Both the position numbers and the translations under genes were made by a program. The notes under the pieces are model-generated. The model worked only from the letters and a program-made list of their open reading frames with translations. It was not told where the DNA came from and made no database searches. This document shows, piece after piece, positions 21,957-32,004 of a DNA stretch of 64,000 nt (positions are counted from its first letter, which is position 1; each line of letters begins with the position of its first letter). The stretch is from contig UYFQ01000260.1 in NCBI GenBank assembly GCA_900617105.1, forward strand, positions 248,001-312,000, in the 5' to 3' direction. The stretch comes from Hydrurus foetidus (Eukaryota).

Positions 21957-22002
21957 ACACTTGCCGCTCAAACCGGCGAGGCTGCGAACCTGTGTTCTGT
22001 AT

Positions 22003-22479
22003 CTAACCCGGAAACTTCAGCAGATTGGGCTTGGGGATCGCGGCCTTGAAGCTGCCGCGCGTCTTGGCGGTGTCGAGACCGAAATCGGCCCAGGCGGCCA
22101 GGAACCCGGCGGCCGGCGCGTTGGCGGGCAGGGGCGCGAGGTTCAGAACGGGGCGGGCGGCGACCGCTGCTCGGGCGGCCGCCCAGGCCTCGGGCTCGGC
22201 CGTGGCATAGGCGCCATCGGCGCTGACCAGTTCGCTCGCGAGGGCCGGGTCCTGGAAATACAGGGTCACGGCGGCATTGGCGGGCTGGTCCGTGAGGCTG
22301 GCCAGGGCCTCGGTCAGGGCGATCAGCGACATGCGGGCGCCGCTGGTCCGCCGCTCGCCGCCGGCCGCGCCCTTGATCGCTTCGGGGCCGCTCGCGCCCT
22401 CCATCCGCCGCACGAAGGACCAGCCGCCATAGCCGGGGTCCGAGCGGCACAGGCTGGCGGTCCACAGAATGACGGTCAT
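22003..22479 (-). CDS. Degenerate RNase HI-like protein
   Basis: VILWTASLCRSDPGYGGW..GGERRTSGARMSLIALTEAL mirrors the RNase HI N-terminal pattern without the acidic catalytic residues. Confidence 0.6.
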   Translation of the reverse strand: MTVILWTASLCRSDPGYGGWSFVRRMEGASGPEAIKGAAGGERRTSGARMSLIALTEALASLTDQPANAAVTLYFQDPALASELVSADGAYATAEPEAWAAARAAVAARPVLNLAPLPANAPAAGFLAAWADFGLDTAKTRGSFKAAIPKPNLLKFPG

Positions 22480-22782
22480 GGCGGGCTCCCTCGCGCTGGA
22501 GCCGGTTTTCTAGCGTGTTTCGCGGGGAAGGGGAGGGGCGGCTCAGTCGCGACAGGCCCGTGCCCGAGCCCGTCCCCGCCCGTTTCGGAACGAAAGGTAA
22601 ACGGGGCCTTAAGTTTGATGGTTAACGTCATTTTCACAATCGTGAACAACGTTCTAACAACCTGGGTTTACGGCGCGACCCCTCGCGCGGCGGTGAAAGC
22701 AAGAACTGTGCCAGAATGGGCCAAAACCCTTTGAATTTGCGGGCTTTGGCGTGTTTTCACGAGCGTCCCCGACTATTTATGG

Positions 22783-22818
22783 TTAACGCGCCGTAAACAC
22801 CTATTAACCACTTGTTAA
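22783..22818. promoter_or_regulatory. CtrA boxes
   Basis: Perfect TTAA-ccacttg-TTAA at 22804-22818 plus TTAA-N7-TAAA at 22783-22797. Confidence 0.75.
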
Positions 22819-22906
22819 GTCTCTTGGCTCCGGCTTTGCTCCTGATGCGTTGAACCCTTGCCGGACGTCCCGGTGTGGGACGGTCCGTGTGCGGAGATGC
22901 GCGTCG

Positions 22907-24281
22907 ATGTTCGAGTTCGGTCGTGATCTGAAACGTCTCTTCGGCGTCGATGCTGGAGCGGAGTCCAAGGCGGCGCCTCATCGCGAGGGCCTGACGGGCG
23001 GCGACACCTCGCTGCTCGAGCTTCTCGACATAAGACTGCTGACCAACGAGGCGCGCTCGCCGATGTGGCGGCGGGTCGCATTGGAACCAAGGATCGTGGC
23101 GCGCGCCTGTTTGAGGCCGCCGTGGTCTGGCGCGAGCTGGCCCGCCGATCCGGCGACGCCGCCGCCCTGCGAAAGGCCGCCTCGCACGCCGAGGCCGCCG
23201 GCAAGATCTTCGAAAGCGAACGCCGCCTGGAGGCCCTGGCCTCGACCCGCTGCGAGCAGGCCGTCCTGGCCATTCTCGGCGCCGATCTGTTCGGCGACGA
23301 GGGTCTGAACGCCGCCGCCGGCGCGGCCCTGACCCTGGCGCGCACCGCGCCGGGTCAGCGCTGCGGACTGGCCATGGCCCTGGTCGCGGGGCTGGATGGC
23401 CGCGCGGGCCTGGCCGAGAACAATATTGATCGCGCCCTGGCCGCTGTGCAGGGCTATGACGCCCCGCTGCGCGCCCTGGCCGCCGCCAAGCGCGTCAAGG
23501 GCGGCTCGGCCCGACTGCTGCTGGCCGAGCAGCGCGCCGCGCGCATCGAACTGATCCTGATCTGCGGCGCGCGCCTGAAGGATCGCGCCCTGACCCAGCT
23601 GGCGATCACCGAGGCCACGGCCGCGGCCGCCGCCCTGGATCCTGATTTCGAGCCCCTGACCTGGTCGCGGCTGGAGGGCCTGCGCGGCTCGGCCCTGGTG
23701 CAACTGGGCGAGCTGGACGGCGAACTGGGCCAGATCGCCGATGGCGTCGAGGCCCTGACCGCCGCGCTGGAGCCGCTGTCGATGGACCACAGCCCGATGG
23801 ACTGGGCCCGCGCCCAGGCCGCGCTGGGCGCTGGCCTGCAGTCGGTGGGCGAGGCCACCACCTCGGACCGCGCCTTCGAGCAGGCGGTGACCTGCTATGA
23901 CCGCGCCACCCAGGTGCTGAAGGCCCAGCCGGCCCTCGCCCTGCGCGCCGTGGTCGCCAACAATCGGGCCCTCAGCCTGGCGCGCTGCGCCGAACTGACC
24001 GCCGATCTGGCGGTGCTGGACGCCGCCGAGATGGCTTTCAAGACCGAGCTTTCGCCCAGCCCGGCGGGCGCGATCCGGCCTCCTGGGCCGTGGCCCAGAT
24101 GAACCTGGCCCGGCTCTACGAAGCCCGGGTCGAGATCACCGGACGCGACGACGGCCGGCTGGACCGGGCCGCCGTGGCCCTGGCCTGCGCCTTTGATGTG
24201 TTCTCCGAGCTTGGCCTGCGGTCGCTGACCGATCTGGCGGCACAGGGACTGCAACGGTTGAAGGCGGCTCACGCCCACTGA
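22907..24281 (+). CDS. Alpha-helical TPR-like protein, frameshifted
   Basis: Repeated P-x-x-W-A/S-R helical units (EPLTWSR, SPMDWARAQ); three ORF pieces join. Confidence 0.7.
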
Positions 24282-24383
24282 CCCGGATCGGGACAAAAGG
24301 GGGCGGCAGGGTCGCCCCGTCGAAACAAAGGTCGGCGCATCGCTCCGGCGACGCAGCGATCAAGACTTAACAGGGACGAAATC

Positions 24384-24681
24384 GTGATTGCTTCGCTTGT
24401 TCTCGCCGCCGCTCTTTCCAACAAGGCCGGCCAAGGCTGACACCGACCTCCTGATCCCGGCGTCGCAGCCGCGCGAAGCCGTCGCCATCCTCAACTGCCT
24501 GGTCAAGGACGACGGCCATCTGACCGCCTGCACCGTCGAGGGCGAAAGCTCGCCGGAACTGGGCGTCGGCGACGCCGCCCTGAAGATGGCCGCCCAGTTC
24601 CAGGTCGATCTGCTGGGCCCCGACGGCAAGAGCCGCGCCGGGTCTTACGTGCAGGTGCCGGTGAGGATCCGCATTCGCTGA
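24384..24681 (+). CDS. Small TonB C-terminal-domain protein
   Basis: AILNCLVKDDGHLTACTVEGESSPELGVGDAALK..VQVPVRI. Confidence 0.65.
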
Positions 24682-24750
24682 TCTGACCGATGTTCGGCGG
24701 CTTGCGGCGTTGCGTCGCGGTCGCCGTCCCGGCCTCCGCACCCCCAACTC

Positions 24751-24766
24751 CTAACGCCCTGTTAAC
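24751..24766 (+). promoter_or_regulatory. CtrA box of the class II fliQ promoter
   Basis: CTAA-cgccctg-TTAAC upstream of fliQ, with a GANTC site (GATTC 24792-24796) just downstream. Confidence 0.8.
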
Positions 24767-24833
24767 CATACTCGCCGCATGTTGAAGCCTCGATTCTGAG
24801 CCTCGTTCTGGCTCGCTTTCACGAGGCTTTTGG

Positions 24834-25097
24834 ATGACCGGCGCCGAAGTTCTTGATGTCGGTCGCGATGCGATCTGGCTGACCCTTCAGCTGTGCGCGC
24901 CCGTGCTGATCGTGGGCCTGGTGGTCGGCGTGGCCATCGGCCTGTTTCAGGCCCTGACCCAGATCCAGGAAGCCACCCTGGTCTATGCGCCCAAGATCGT
25001 GGCCATCTTCGTGTCCCTGCTGATCTTCCTGCCGCTGATGGGGGCCCTGATGGCTGGCTTCATGCGCCAGATCGCCGCCCGCATCGCTGGCATGTAG
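24834..25097 (+). CDS. fliQ: Flagellar export protein FliQ
   Basis: FQALTQIQEATLVYAPKI, 87 aa. Confidence 0.97.
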   Translation: MTGAEVLDVGRDAIWLTLQLCAPVLIVGLVVGVAIGLFQALTQIQEATLVYAPKIVAIFVSLLIFLPLMGALMAGFMRQIAARIAGM

Positions 25098-25113
25098 GGG
25101 AGGCGAGGGCCGC

Positions 25114-25869
25114 TTGGACTCCTACGCGACAGCCGCCCAGGTCTATGTCGCCGGCCTCGTCTTCGCGCGGGTCGGGGCCATGGTCATGCTGATGCCCGGC
25201 ATCGGCGACACGGCCGTGCCGCCACGCGTTCGTCTGGGTTTTGCCCTGCTGATGTCGATGCTGCTGACGCCGCTGGTCCAGAACACCGTCCCGGGCGTGC
25301 CGACTTCGGTCGGCGGCCTGTGGGGCCAGGTGATCCACGAGATCCTGATCGGCCTGATGATCGGCTCGGTGCTGAAGCTGTTCTTCACCGCCATGTCGAC
25401 GGCCGGTGAAGTGATCTCGATGCAGACCACCCTGTCGTTCGCCCAGACCACCAACCCGTCAATGGGGCAGTCCAGCACGGCGGTGGCGACGTTCCTGTCG
25501 ATGCTGGGCCTGACCCTGATCATGGCCACTGACCTGCATCACCTGTTCATCGGGGCGATCGTCAAGTCGTACGACCTCTTCCCGTTCAGCCGCGCCGTGC
25601 CGGTGCAGGACGCCGCCACCCTGGCGGTGCGCACCGTGGCCGAGAGCTTTTCCCTGGGCATTCAGCTGGCCGCCCCGGTGATCGTGTTCTCGCTGGTCTT
25701 CAATCTGGCCGTCGGTCTGGTGGGACGGGTCATGCCGTCGTTCCAGATCTTCTTTGTGGCCTCGCCGCTCAGCGTGATCCTGGGCCTGTCTCTGCTGGCC
25801 CTCAGCCTTGGCGGCATCGCCATGGTCTGGACCGACCGCTACCGCGACCTCCTGATGATCTTCAACTAG
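25114..25869 (+). CDS. fliR: Flagellar export protein FliR
   Basis: Multi-TM, VPPRVR, DLHHLFI, GRVMPSFQIF; between fliQ and flhB. Confidence 0.95.
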   Translation: MDSYATAAQVYVAGLVFARVGAMVMLMPGIGDTAVPPRVRLGFALLMSMLLTPLVQNTVPGVPTSVGGLWGQVIHEILIGLMIGSVLKLFFTAMSTAGEVISMQTTLSFAQTTNPSMGQSSTAVATFLSMLGLTLIMATDLHHLFIGAIVKSYDLFPFSRAVPVQDAATLAVRTVAESFSLGIQLAAPVIVFSLVFNLAVGLVGRVMPSFQIFFVASPLSVILGLSLLALSLGGIAMVWTDRYRDLLMIFN

Positions 25870-25878
25870 GGGCGGGCC

Positions 25879-26964
25879 GTGGCGGAAGACACAGACAACG
25901 ACTCGAAAACCGAAGAGCCATCAGCCAAGAAGCTGTCGGACGCCAAGGCCAAGGGCGACGTCGCCAAGAGCGCCGATGTTCCCCAGCTGGCCTCGCTGAT
26001 CGGCGCCGTCTCGGTGATCCTGATGGCCGGTGGCTGGCTGACGCGCGATCTGTCGGCGGCGCTGGTGCCGTTCCTGGCCTATGCCGGCCAGATGGATCTG
26101 AGCAGCGGCGGGGCGGTTATCATCGCTCGCCAGGCCATCATGGCGGCCCTGCCGCCGCTGGTCCTGGTCATGCTGACCACGGCGATCTTCGGCTTCATCG
26201 CCCATGTGGCCCAGACCGGCTTCATGATGACGCCGGAAAAGATCAAGCCAGACTTCAAGAAGCTGGATCTGATCAAGGGCATGGGGCGGCTGTTCGGCAT
26301 CGATGGCCTGGTGCAGTTCGCCAAGTCGGCGCTGAAGTTCATCGTCACCGGCATCATCGCCTATTTCGTGCTCAAGCCTCACGCCAGCGAGGTGGTCAAT
26401 ATGGTCGGGATGGATCCGTCCCATATGATCCCGGCGTCGATGAAGCTGGCGACCAAGCTGTTCTTGGCCGTGATCATACTGCTGATCCTGACCGCAGGCT
26501 TTGACTGGTTCTGGCAACGCCAGCGGTTCATGACGCGCATGCGCATGACCCTTCAGGAGGTCAAGGACGAGTACAAGCAGTCGGACGGCGACCCGCATAT
26601 CAAGGCCAAGCGCCGCCAGATCCAGATGCAGCGCTCACGCCAGCGGATGATGCAGGCGGTGCCCAAGGCCACGGTGGTGGTCATGAACCCGACCCACTAC
26701 GCCGTGGCGCTGAAGTACGAGCCGGGCGAGACGCCCGCGCCGCTGTGCGTGGCCAAGGGCATGGACGAACTGGCCCTGAAAATCCGCGCCGTCGCCGAGG
26801 AGCACGGCGTGCCCGTGCTGGAAGATGCGCCCCTGGCCCGCGCCCTGTATGCGACGGTCGAGATCGACGAAGAAATCCCGGCTGATCATTTCGAGGCTGT
26901 GGCCAAGGTCATCGGCTTTATCATGAACGGCAAGAAGCCAAAGGCGCGGGCCCGTCCGCTCTAA
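25879..26964 (+). CDS. flhB: Flagellar export protein FlhB
   Basis: KTEEPS N-terminus, DGDPHIK, NPTH autocleavage motif. Confidence 0.97.
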   Translation: MAEDTDNDSKTEEPSAKKLSDAKAKGDVAKSADVPQLASLIGAVSVILMAGGWLTRDLSAALVPFLAYAGQMDLSSGGAVIIARQAIMAALPPLVLVMLTTAIFGFIAHVAQTGFMMTPEKIKPDFKKLDLIKGMGRLFGIDGLVQFAKSALKFIVTGIIAYFVLKPHASEVVNMVGMDPSHMIPASMKLATKLFLAVIILLILTAGFDWFWQRQRFMTRMRMTLQEVKDEYKQSDGDPHIKAKRRQIQMQRSRQRMMQAVPKATVVVMNPTHYAVALKYEPGETPAPLCVAKGMDELALKIRAVAEEHGVPVLEDAPLARALYATVEIDEEIPADHFEAVAKVIGFIMNGKKPKARARPL

Positions 26965-27081
26965 TTGGCCGTTTTTAAAGCGCAATTCAGACGCCCTCTG
27001 ACCTTGCGTTCCATAAAGAGTATCCTCAGTTCGGCTCAAGCTGAGTCGCGACCGGGCTTTGAACAAGGATTGCAGTCGTCC

Positions 27082-29168
27082 ATGGCCGAAATGCCCGTCC
27101 AGGACATTGTTGATACCGGCGTCTCACGCCGCCGCTTCGACCCCTATATCTGGGGCGCGGCGATCTTTTTCGTGGCTGCGGCAGGCCTCGCGGCGGTTCC
27201 CGCCCTGCGCGCCGGACCGGCCACCCTGGCGGGGCTGCTGCTGCTGGGCGGCGTCGCCGGCGTCGCCATTCTGGGCCTCGTGGCCATTCGCGCCTCGGCC
27301 CATCATGAGAGCGACCTGGACGCCGCCGAAGGCTTCATCGACGCCTTGAATGAACCCACCGCCCTGGTCGCCGCCGACGGCCGTCTGCTGGCGGCGAATG
27401 CCGCCTGGCGGCTGGTCATGGGCGACGCGCGCCGGCTGCCCAAGGGCGTTGCGGGCTCGGGCCTGTTCGCGGCCCTGGTCCGGGCCCGCAAGGGCGAGAT
27501 GGCCGAGGGCCTTCTGCGCGTCGACGGCGCCGACCGCGTCGCCACCGTGTCTCGCCTGGCCGGCGGCCGTCTGCTGGTCCGCCTGGCGCCGCCCGCCGTC
27601 ATCCAGACCATCGCCGCCGAGGCCCCGCCCGTGTCCCTGGCCCCTGCCATGGCCCCGCCGCCCGGCTCGCTGGACGCCTTTTCCGGCGCCTCGCCGTTCG
27701 GCGCGGCCCTGCTGGAGGGGCTGGATCCCTTCAATTCGCGCATTCTAGAGGCCAATCCGGCGCTGACCGCCATGGCCGGCCCCGGCGCCAAGGCCGGGGT
27801 CCTGTTTGGCGAACTGATCGAACCGGTCACCCGCACCGAGGCCGAGACCCGCATGGCCGGGGGCAAGGCCGGACCGTTCGAGGTGCGCCTGTCGCGCGAC
27901 CCACCCGCATCGCCCACCTCTATCTCTATCGGGCCGAGGGGCGGCTGGTCGCCTACATGATCGACGTGTCCGAGCAGAAGCAGATCGAGCTTCAGCTGGC
28001 CCAGGCCCAGAAGATGCAGGCCATCGGCCAGCTGGCCGGCGGCGTCGCCCACGACTTCAACAACCTGCTGACCGCCATCCAGCTGCGCCTGGACGAGCTG
28101 CTGCATCGCCATCCGGTCGGCGACCCGTCGTATGAAGGCCTCAACGAGATCCGCCAGACGGGCGTCCGCGCCGCCGATCTGGTGCGCAAGCTGCTGGCCT
28201 TCTCGCGCAAGCAGACCGTGCAGCGCGAAGTGCTGGACCTGGGCGAGCTGATCTCGGAATTCGAGGTGCTGCTGCGCCGCCTGCTGCGCGAAGACGTCAA
28301 GCTGATCACCGACTATGGCCGCGACCTGCCGCAGGTGCGGGCCGACAAGAGCCAGCTGGAAACGGCGGTCATGAACCTGGCCGTCAACGCCCGCGACGCC
28401 GTCCGCGCCGCCAAGGGCGGCGGCATCGTGCGCATCCGCACCGCCCGCCTGACCCAGGAAGAGGCCATCGCCCTGGGCTTCCCCGGCGCCGACGGCGATA
28501 CGGCCTTTATCGAGGTGTCCGACGACGGTCCCGGCATCCCGCCCGATGTCATGGGCAAGATCTTCGACCCGTTCTTCACCACCAAGCCGGTGGGTGAGGG
28601 CACGGGCCTTGGCCTGGCCACCGTCTATGGCATCGTCAAGCAGAGCGACGGCTGGATCCACGTCCACAGCCGTCCCGATGAAGGCGCGGCCTTCCGCATT
28701 TTCCTGCCGGTCCACGTCCCGACCGCCGCCGCCATTGCCGAGGCCGCCGCCGTGGCCGCCGAGCCGCCCAAGGCCCGTCCGCCGCGCGACCTGTCGGGCG
28801 CCGGCCGTATCCTGTTCGTTGAGGACGAGGACGCCGTGCGCGGCGTCGCCGCCCGTCTGCTTCGGGCCCGCGGCTATGAGGTGCTGGAGGCCTGCGACGG
28901 CGAGGAGGCCCTGCTGATCGCCGAGGCCCATGCCGGCACCATCGACCTGCTGATCAGCGACGTGATCATGCCCGGCATTGATGGACCGACCCTGCTGAAA
29001 AAGGCGCGCGGCTATCTGGGCAATGCGCCGGTGATGTTCATCAGCGGCTATGCCGAGGCCGAGTTCAGCGACCTGCTGGAAGGCGAGACGGGCGTGACCT
29101 TCCTGCCCAAGCCGATCGACATCAAGACCCTGGCCGAGCGCGTCAAGCAGCAGATGCAGGCGGCCTAG
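27082..29168 (+). CDS. cckA: Cell-cycle hybrid histidine kinase, frameshift near 27900
   Basis: Two TM segments, PAS-like region, [31 protein letters not shown], receiver domain; follows flhB. Confidence 0.95.
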
Positions 29169-29229
29169 AGCGGTCGTCAACGGATCGGGATGGAAGAGCG
29201 GCGCTGGCTTGCGCCGCAAAAAGCCCGGC

Positions 29230-29727
29230 CTATTCCGGCGGGCAGCCCTTGAACTCGCCGACCGTGCTGACCGACAGTTGGTTCAGGTTCAGGCCCATCA
29301 AGGGGTTCATTGATGCGCGGCCAGAGCCGCTGAACAGATCAAGCTTCAGGCCCTTGATCGCGCCGCCGACATCGGAGGCGTACCAGTAACCATCGTGCGT
29401 GCCGCCATCGGGCATGGGCAGGCCGACGGTTTCCTTGATGAACAGCACGGTCCGGCGCGGGATGACGCTCTTGTCGACAGCGACGGTGCGCATGGCCACG
29501 ACCTTGCAGCCCAGCGAGTCCAGACCGCGGATGCCCTTGGCGCCGGCGTGATACAGCGTCGCCCGCATCTTGTATTCAAGCGTGCCGGGAATGGTGCCCG
29601 TCAGGGCGCCCGTGATCAGGTCACCAAGCGGGTCGGGCCGGGACTCGGAGTCCGAGTCGGCAGCGAAGGCGGGGAGAGCAGTGGACATGGCCATAACGGC
29701 CAAAATTCCGGCGAGCGTGCGACGCAT
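29230..29727 (-). CDS. Secreted 3D-domain (MltA-like) protein
   Basis: Signal peptide, VAVDKSVIP, ASDVGGAIKG..LDLF. Confidence 0.85.
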   Translation of the reverse strand: MRRTLAGILAVMAMSTALPAFAADSDSESRPDPLGDLITGALTGTIPGTLEYKMRATLYHAGAKGIRGLDSLGCKVVAMRTVAVDKSVIPRRTVLFIKETVGLPMPDGGTHDGYWYASDVGGAIKGLKLDLFSGSGRASMNPLMGLNLNQLSVSTVGEFKGCPPE

Positions 29728-29814
29728 CGAGGGAATCCTCTTATCGGCGTATCTGTCGGGCGGGCTCTGGATAGTCCGATCACGGCCGCGTGACAACCCT
29801 CGGGAGGAGAACTC

Positions 29815-30399
29815 ATGACCCTTCGCATCTACGGTGACACGAAATCGGGCAACTGCCTGAAGGTGAAGTGGACCGCCGAGCGACTGGCCCTGCCGTTCGC
29901 GTGGATCGAAGTCGACATCCTGCAGTCGCAGTCGCGGACGCCGGAATTCCTGGCCCTGAACCCCGCAGGGCAGGTGCCGGCGGTGATCCTCGACGACGGC
30001 CGGGCCCTGGCCCAGTCGAACGCCATCATGCTGCACCTGGCCGAGGGTTCAGCGCTGATCCCGACTGACGCCTTTGAGCGCGCCAAGATGTACGAATGGC
30101 TGTTCTGGGAGCAGTACAGCCACGAGCCCTATGTCGCCGTCGCGCGGTTCCAGGTGTCCTATCTGGGCAAGCCGGTCAGCGAACTGGACGCCAAACTGCT
30201 CGAGCGCGGCAACGGCGCCCTGGGTCGCCTGGAAACCCAGCTGAAACAGACGCCGTATCTCGTGGGCGAACGGCTCACTCTGGCGGATATCGCGCTGGTG
30301 GCCTACACCCGGGTCGCCCACGAAGGCGGGTTTGATCTGTCGCTGTATCCCGCCGTCCAGGCCTGGATCAGCCGGGTCGAGGCCGCCCTGGGTCTTTAA
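29815..30399 (+). CDS. Glutathione S-transferase
   Basis: SGNCLKV, NPAGQVP, LAQSNAI, TLADIAL. Confidence 0.92.
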   Translation: MTLRIYGDTKSGNCLKVKWTAERLALPFAWIEVDILQSQSRTPEFLALNPAGQVPAVILDDGRALAQSNAIMLHLAEGSALIPTDAFERAKMYEWLFWEQYSHEPYVAVARFQVSYLGKPVSELDAKLLERGNGALGRLETQLKQTPYLVGERLTLADIALVAYTRVAHEGGFDLSLYPAVQAWISRVEAALGL

Positions 30400-30417
30400 T
30401 CGTTTCGCGGAGCTTTC

Positions 30418-31440
30418 ATGTCGCGCCTGTCGTCCAGCCTCAGGGTTCTCGCTATCGGAGCGGCGCTTGCCGCGCCCGCCAATTCCGCTCTGCCTGGGCT
30501 CGTCGGGCCACCGTCTGGTCGGAGTGCTGGGCGCTCAGGGCCTGCCGTCAGACGTGCCGGCCTTCGCGCACGCCGACGGCGGTGGCGGCGATCGGCGAGC
30601 CCGCGAGCCGGACCGCTCGAGGGCTCGGGCAAGATCCACGACCATGACCGCGACGCCGCCCACTTCCTGGACGTCGACGACCAGGGGCGGATGTACGGCG
30701 GTCCGATGTTCACGGTCGAGGCGATGCCGGGAACCCGCGCCGACTACGAAACGGCCCTGCGCGCCGCCGGCGTCGACAGCTGGAAGGCCGGCTATCTGCC
30801 TTACGCGATCATCGACGGCTATCAGCAGCTGGTGAAAGACTTCACCTACTGGCGCATTCTGGTGGCCGCCGAAAAGTCGGCGACGGATCCGATGAAGAAG
30901 GCCTGGTATGCCGCTGATCTGAAGCGCCGCGAGGACCTGCTGATCCGCGACCTGGGCGTCTGGGCGCACTATGTGGGCGACGCCAGCCAGCCGATGCACC
31001 TGTCGGTCCACTACAATGGCTGGGGCGATTATCCCAACCCCAACGGCTACACCCAGTCGCGCTCGACCCATTTCAACTTCGAAGGCCCTCTGGCCAAGGC
31101 CGTCGGCGATCAGGCCCAGGTCAAGGCCCTGATGCCGGCCTACAAGGACTGCGCCTGCTCGATCGAGACCCGGGTCGTCGGCTATCTGACCACGACGTGG
31201 AAAGAGACAGAGCCACTTTACGCCCTGGAAAAGGCCGGCGCCCTGATCGACACCGATCCGCGCGGCAAGGCCTTCACCCAGGCTCGCCTGGCGGCCGGCG
31301 CGACCGCGCTGCGTGATCTGGTGACCGAAGCCTGGCGGGAAAGCGCCAACGGCAAGATCGGCTATCGCCCGGAGATCAGCGTGGCGGACGTCGAGAGCGG
31401 CAAGGCCGATCCGTGGCCTGATCTCTACGGCAAGGACTGA
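30418..31440 (+). CDS. S1/P1 nuclease-family secreted protein, N-terminus frameshifted
   Basis: HYVGDASQPMH and STHFNFE zinc-ligand motifs; AW(G)..GH readable near 30493. Confidence 0.78.
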   Translation: MSRLSSSLRVLAIGAALAAPANSALPGLVGPPSGRSAGRSGPAVRRAGLRARRRRWRRSASPRAGPLEGSGKIHDHDRDAAHFLDVDDQGRMYGGPMFTVEAMPGTRADYETALRAAGVDSWKAGYLPYAIIDGYQQLVKDFTYWRILVAAEKSATDPMKKAWYAADLKRREDLLIRDLGVWAHYVGDASQPMHLSVHYNGWGDYPNPNGYTQSRSTHFNFEGPLAKAVGDQAQVKALMPAYKDCACSIETRVVGYLTTTWKETEPLYALEKAGALIDTDPRGKAFTQARLAAGATALRDLVTEAWRESANGKIGYRPEISVADVESGKADPWPDLYGKD

Positions 31441-31444
31441 CCCC

Positions 31445-31891
31445 TTGCTCGCGTTCGGCCAGCCGGCGCCGGGGCTCAACTATCTGGACCGCCCTGCGGC
31501 CTTCGGCATCGTCGAGAACACCCTCGGCGAGATCGCGGTCGTGCGGGTGAACAAGCCCGGGAAGCCGCCCTATTTCGACCTGCCGGGGGGCGCGGTCGAT
31601 CCGGGTGAAACCGAACCCCAGGCCGTGGTCCGCGAATTTGGCGAAGAGACCGGCCTGGTGGTCGAGGTCGATGACCTGGTCGTCACGGTCTCGCAGGTCT
31701 TCCTGAAGTCCGACGGCCAGCCCGTGCGCAATTTCGGGGGCGTCCACACGGCGCGCATGCTCGAACTGAAGGCCGGGCTCAAGGTCGAGGACGATCATGA
31801 ACTGGCCTGGCTGGATCCTCGCGACGCCGTGGTCGCCTTGCGCCACGACGCCCATGCCTGGGCCGTCGCGGCGTGGATGCGTCGAGGCTAG
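31445..31891 (+). CDS. NUDIX hydrolase
   Basis: Nudix box GGAVDPGETEPQAVVREFGEETGL. Confidence 0.92.
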   Translation: MLAFGQPAPGLNYLDRPAAFGIVENTLGEIAVVRVNKPGKPPYFDLPGGAVDPGETEPQAVVREFGEETGLVVEVDDLVVTVSQVFLKSDGQPVRNFGGVHTARMLELKAGLKVEDDHELAWLDPRDAVVALRHDAHAWAVAAWMRRG

Positions 31892-31995
31892 AGCAAAGGT
31901 CGCCATGATTGCATCATGTCGTTTGCTCTAGATTCTTGTTTTGACGCGTTATTTCGGCGGCGAACCGGTATCCACTTCGCCGAATAACGCTCTAG
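31888..31995. repeat. CIR/RIME-like intergenic repeat with central GANTC
   Basis: CTAGAGC..GCTCTAG termini, two hairpins, GATTC at 31931-31935; the left end supplies the NUDIX stop codon. Confidence 0.75.
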
Positions 31996-32004
31996 AGGGC
32001 TGGC

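Noticed and set aside
21462..22049. Protein-coding interpretation of the ncRNA copy 1 region (and 49339-49661 for copy 2)
   Set aside because: The ORFs are Pro/Arg/Gly-rich and not shared between the two copies, whereas nucleotide blocks and stems are.
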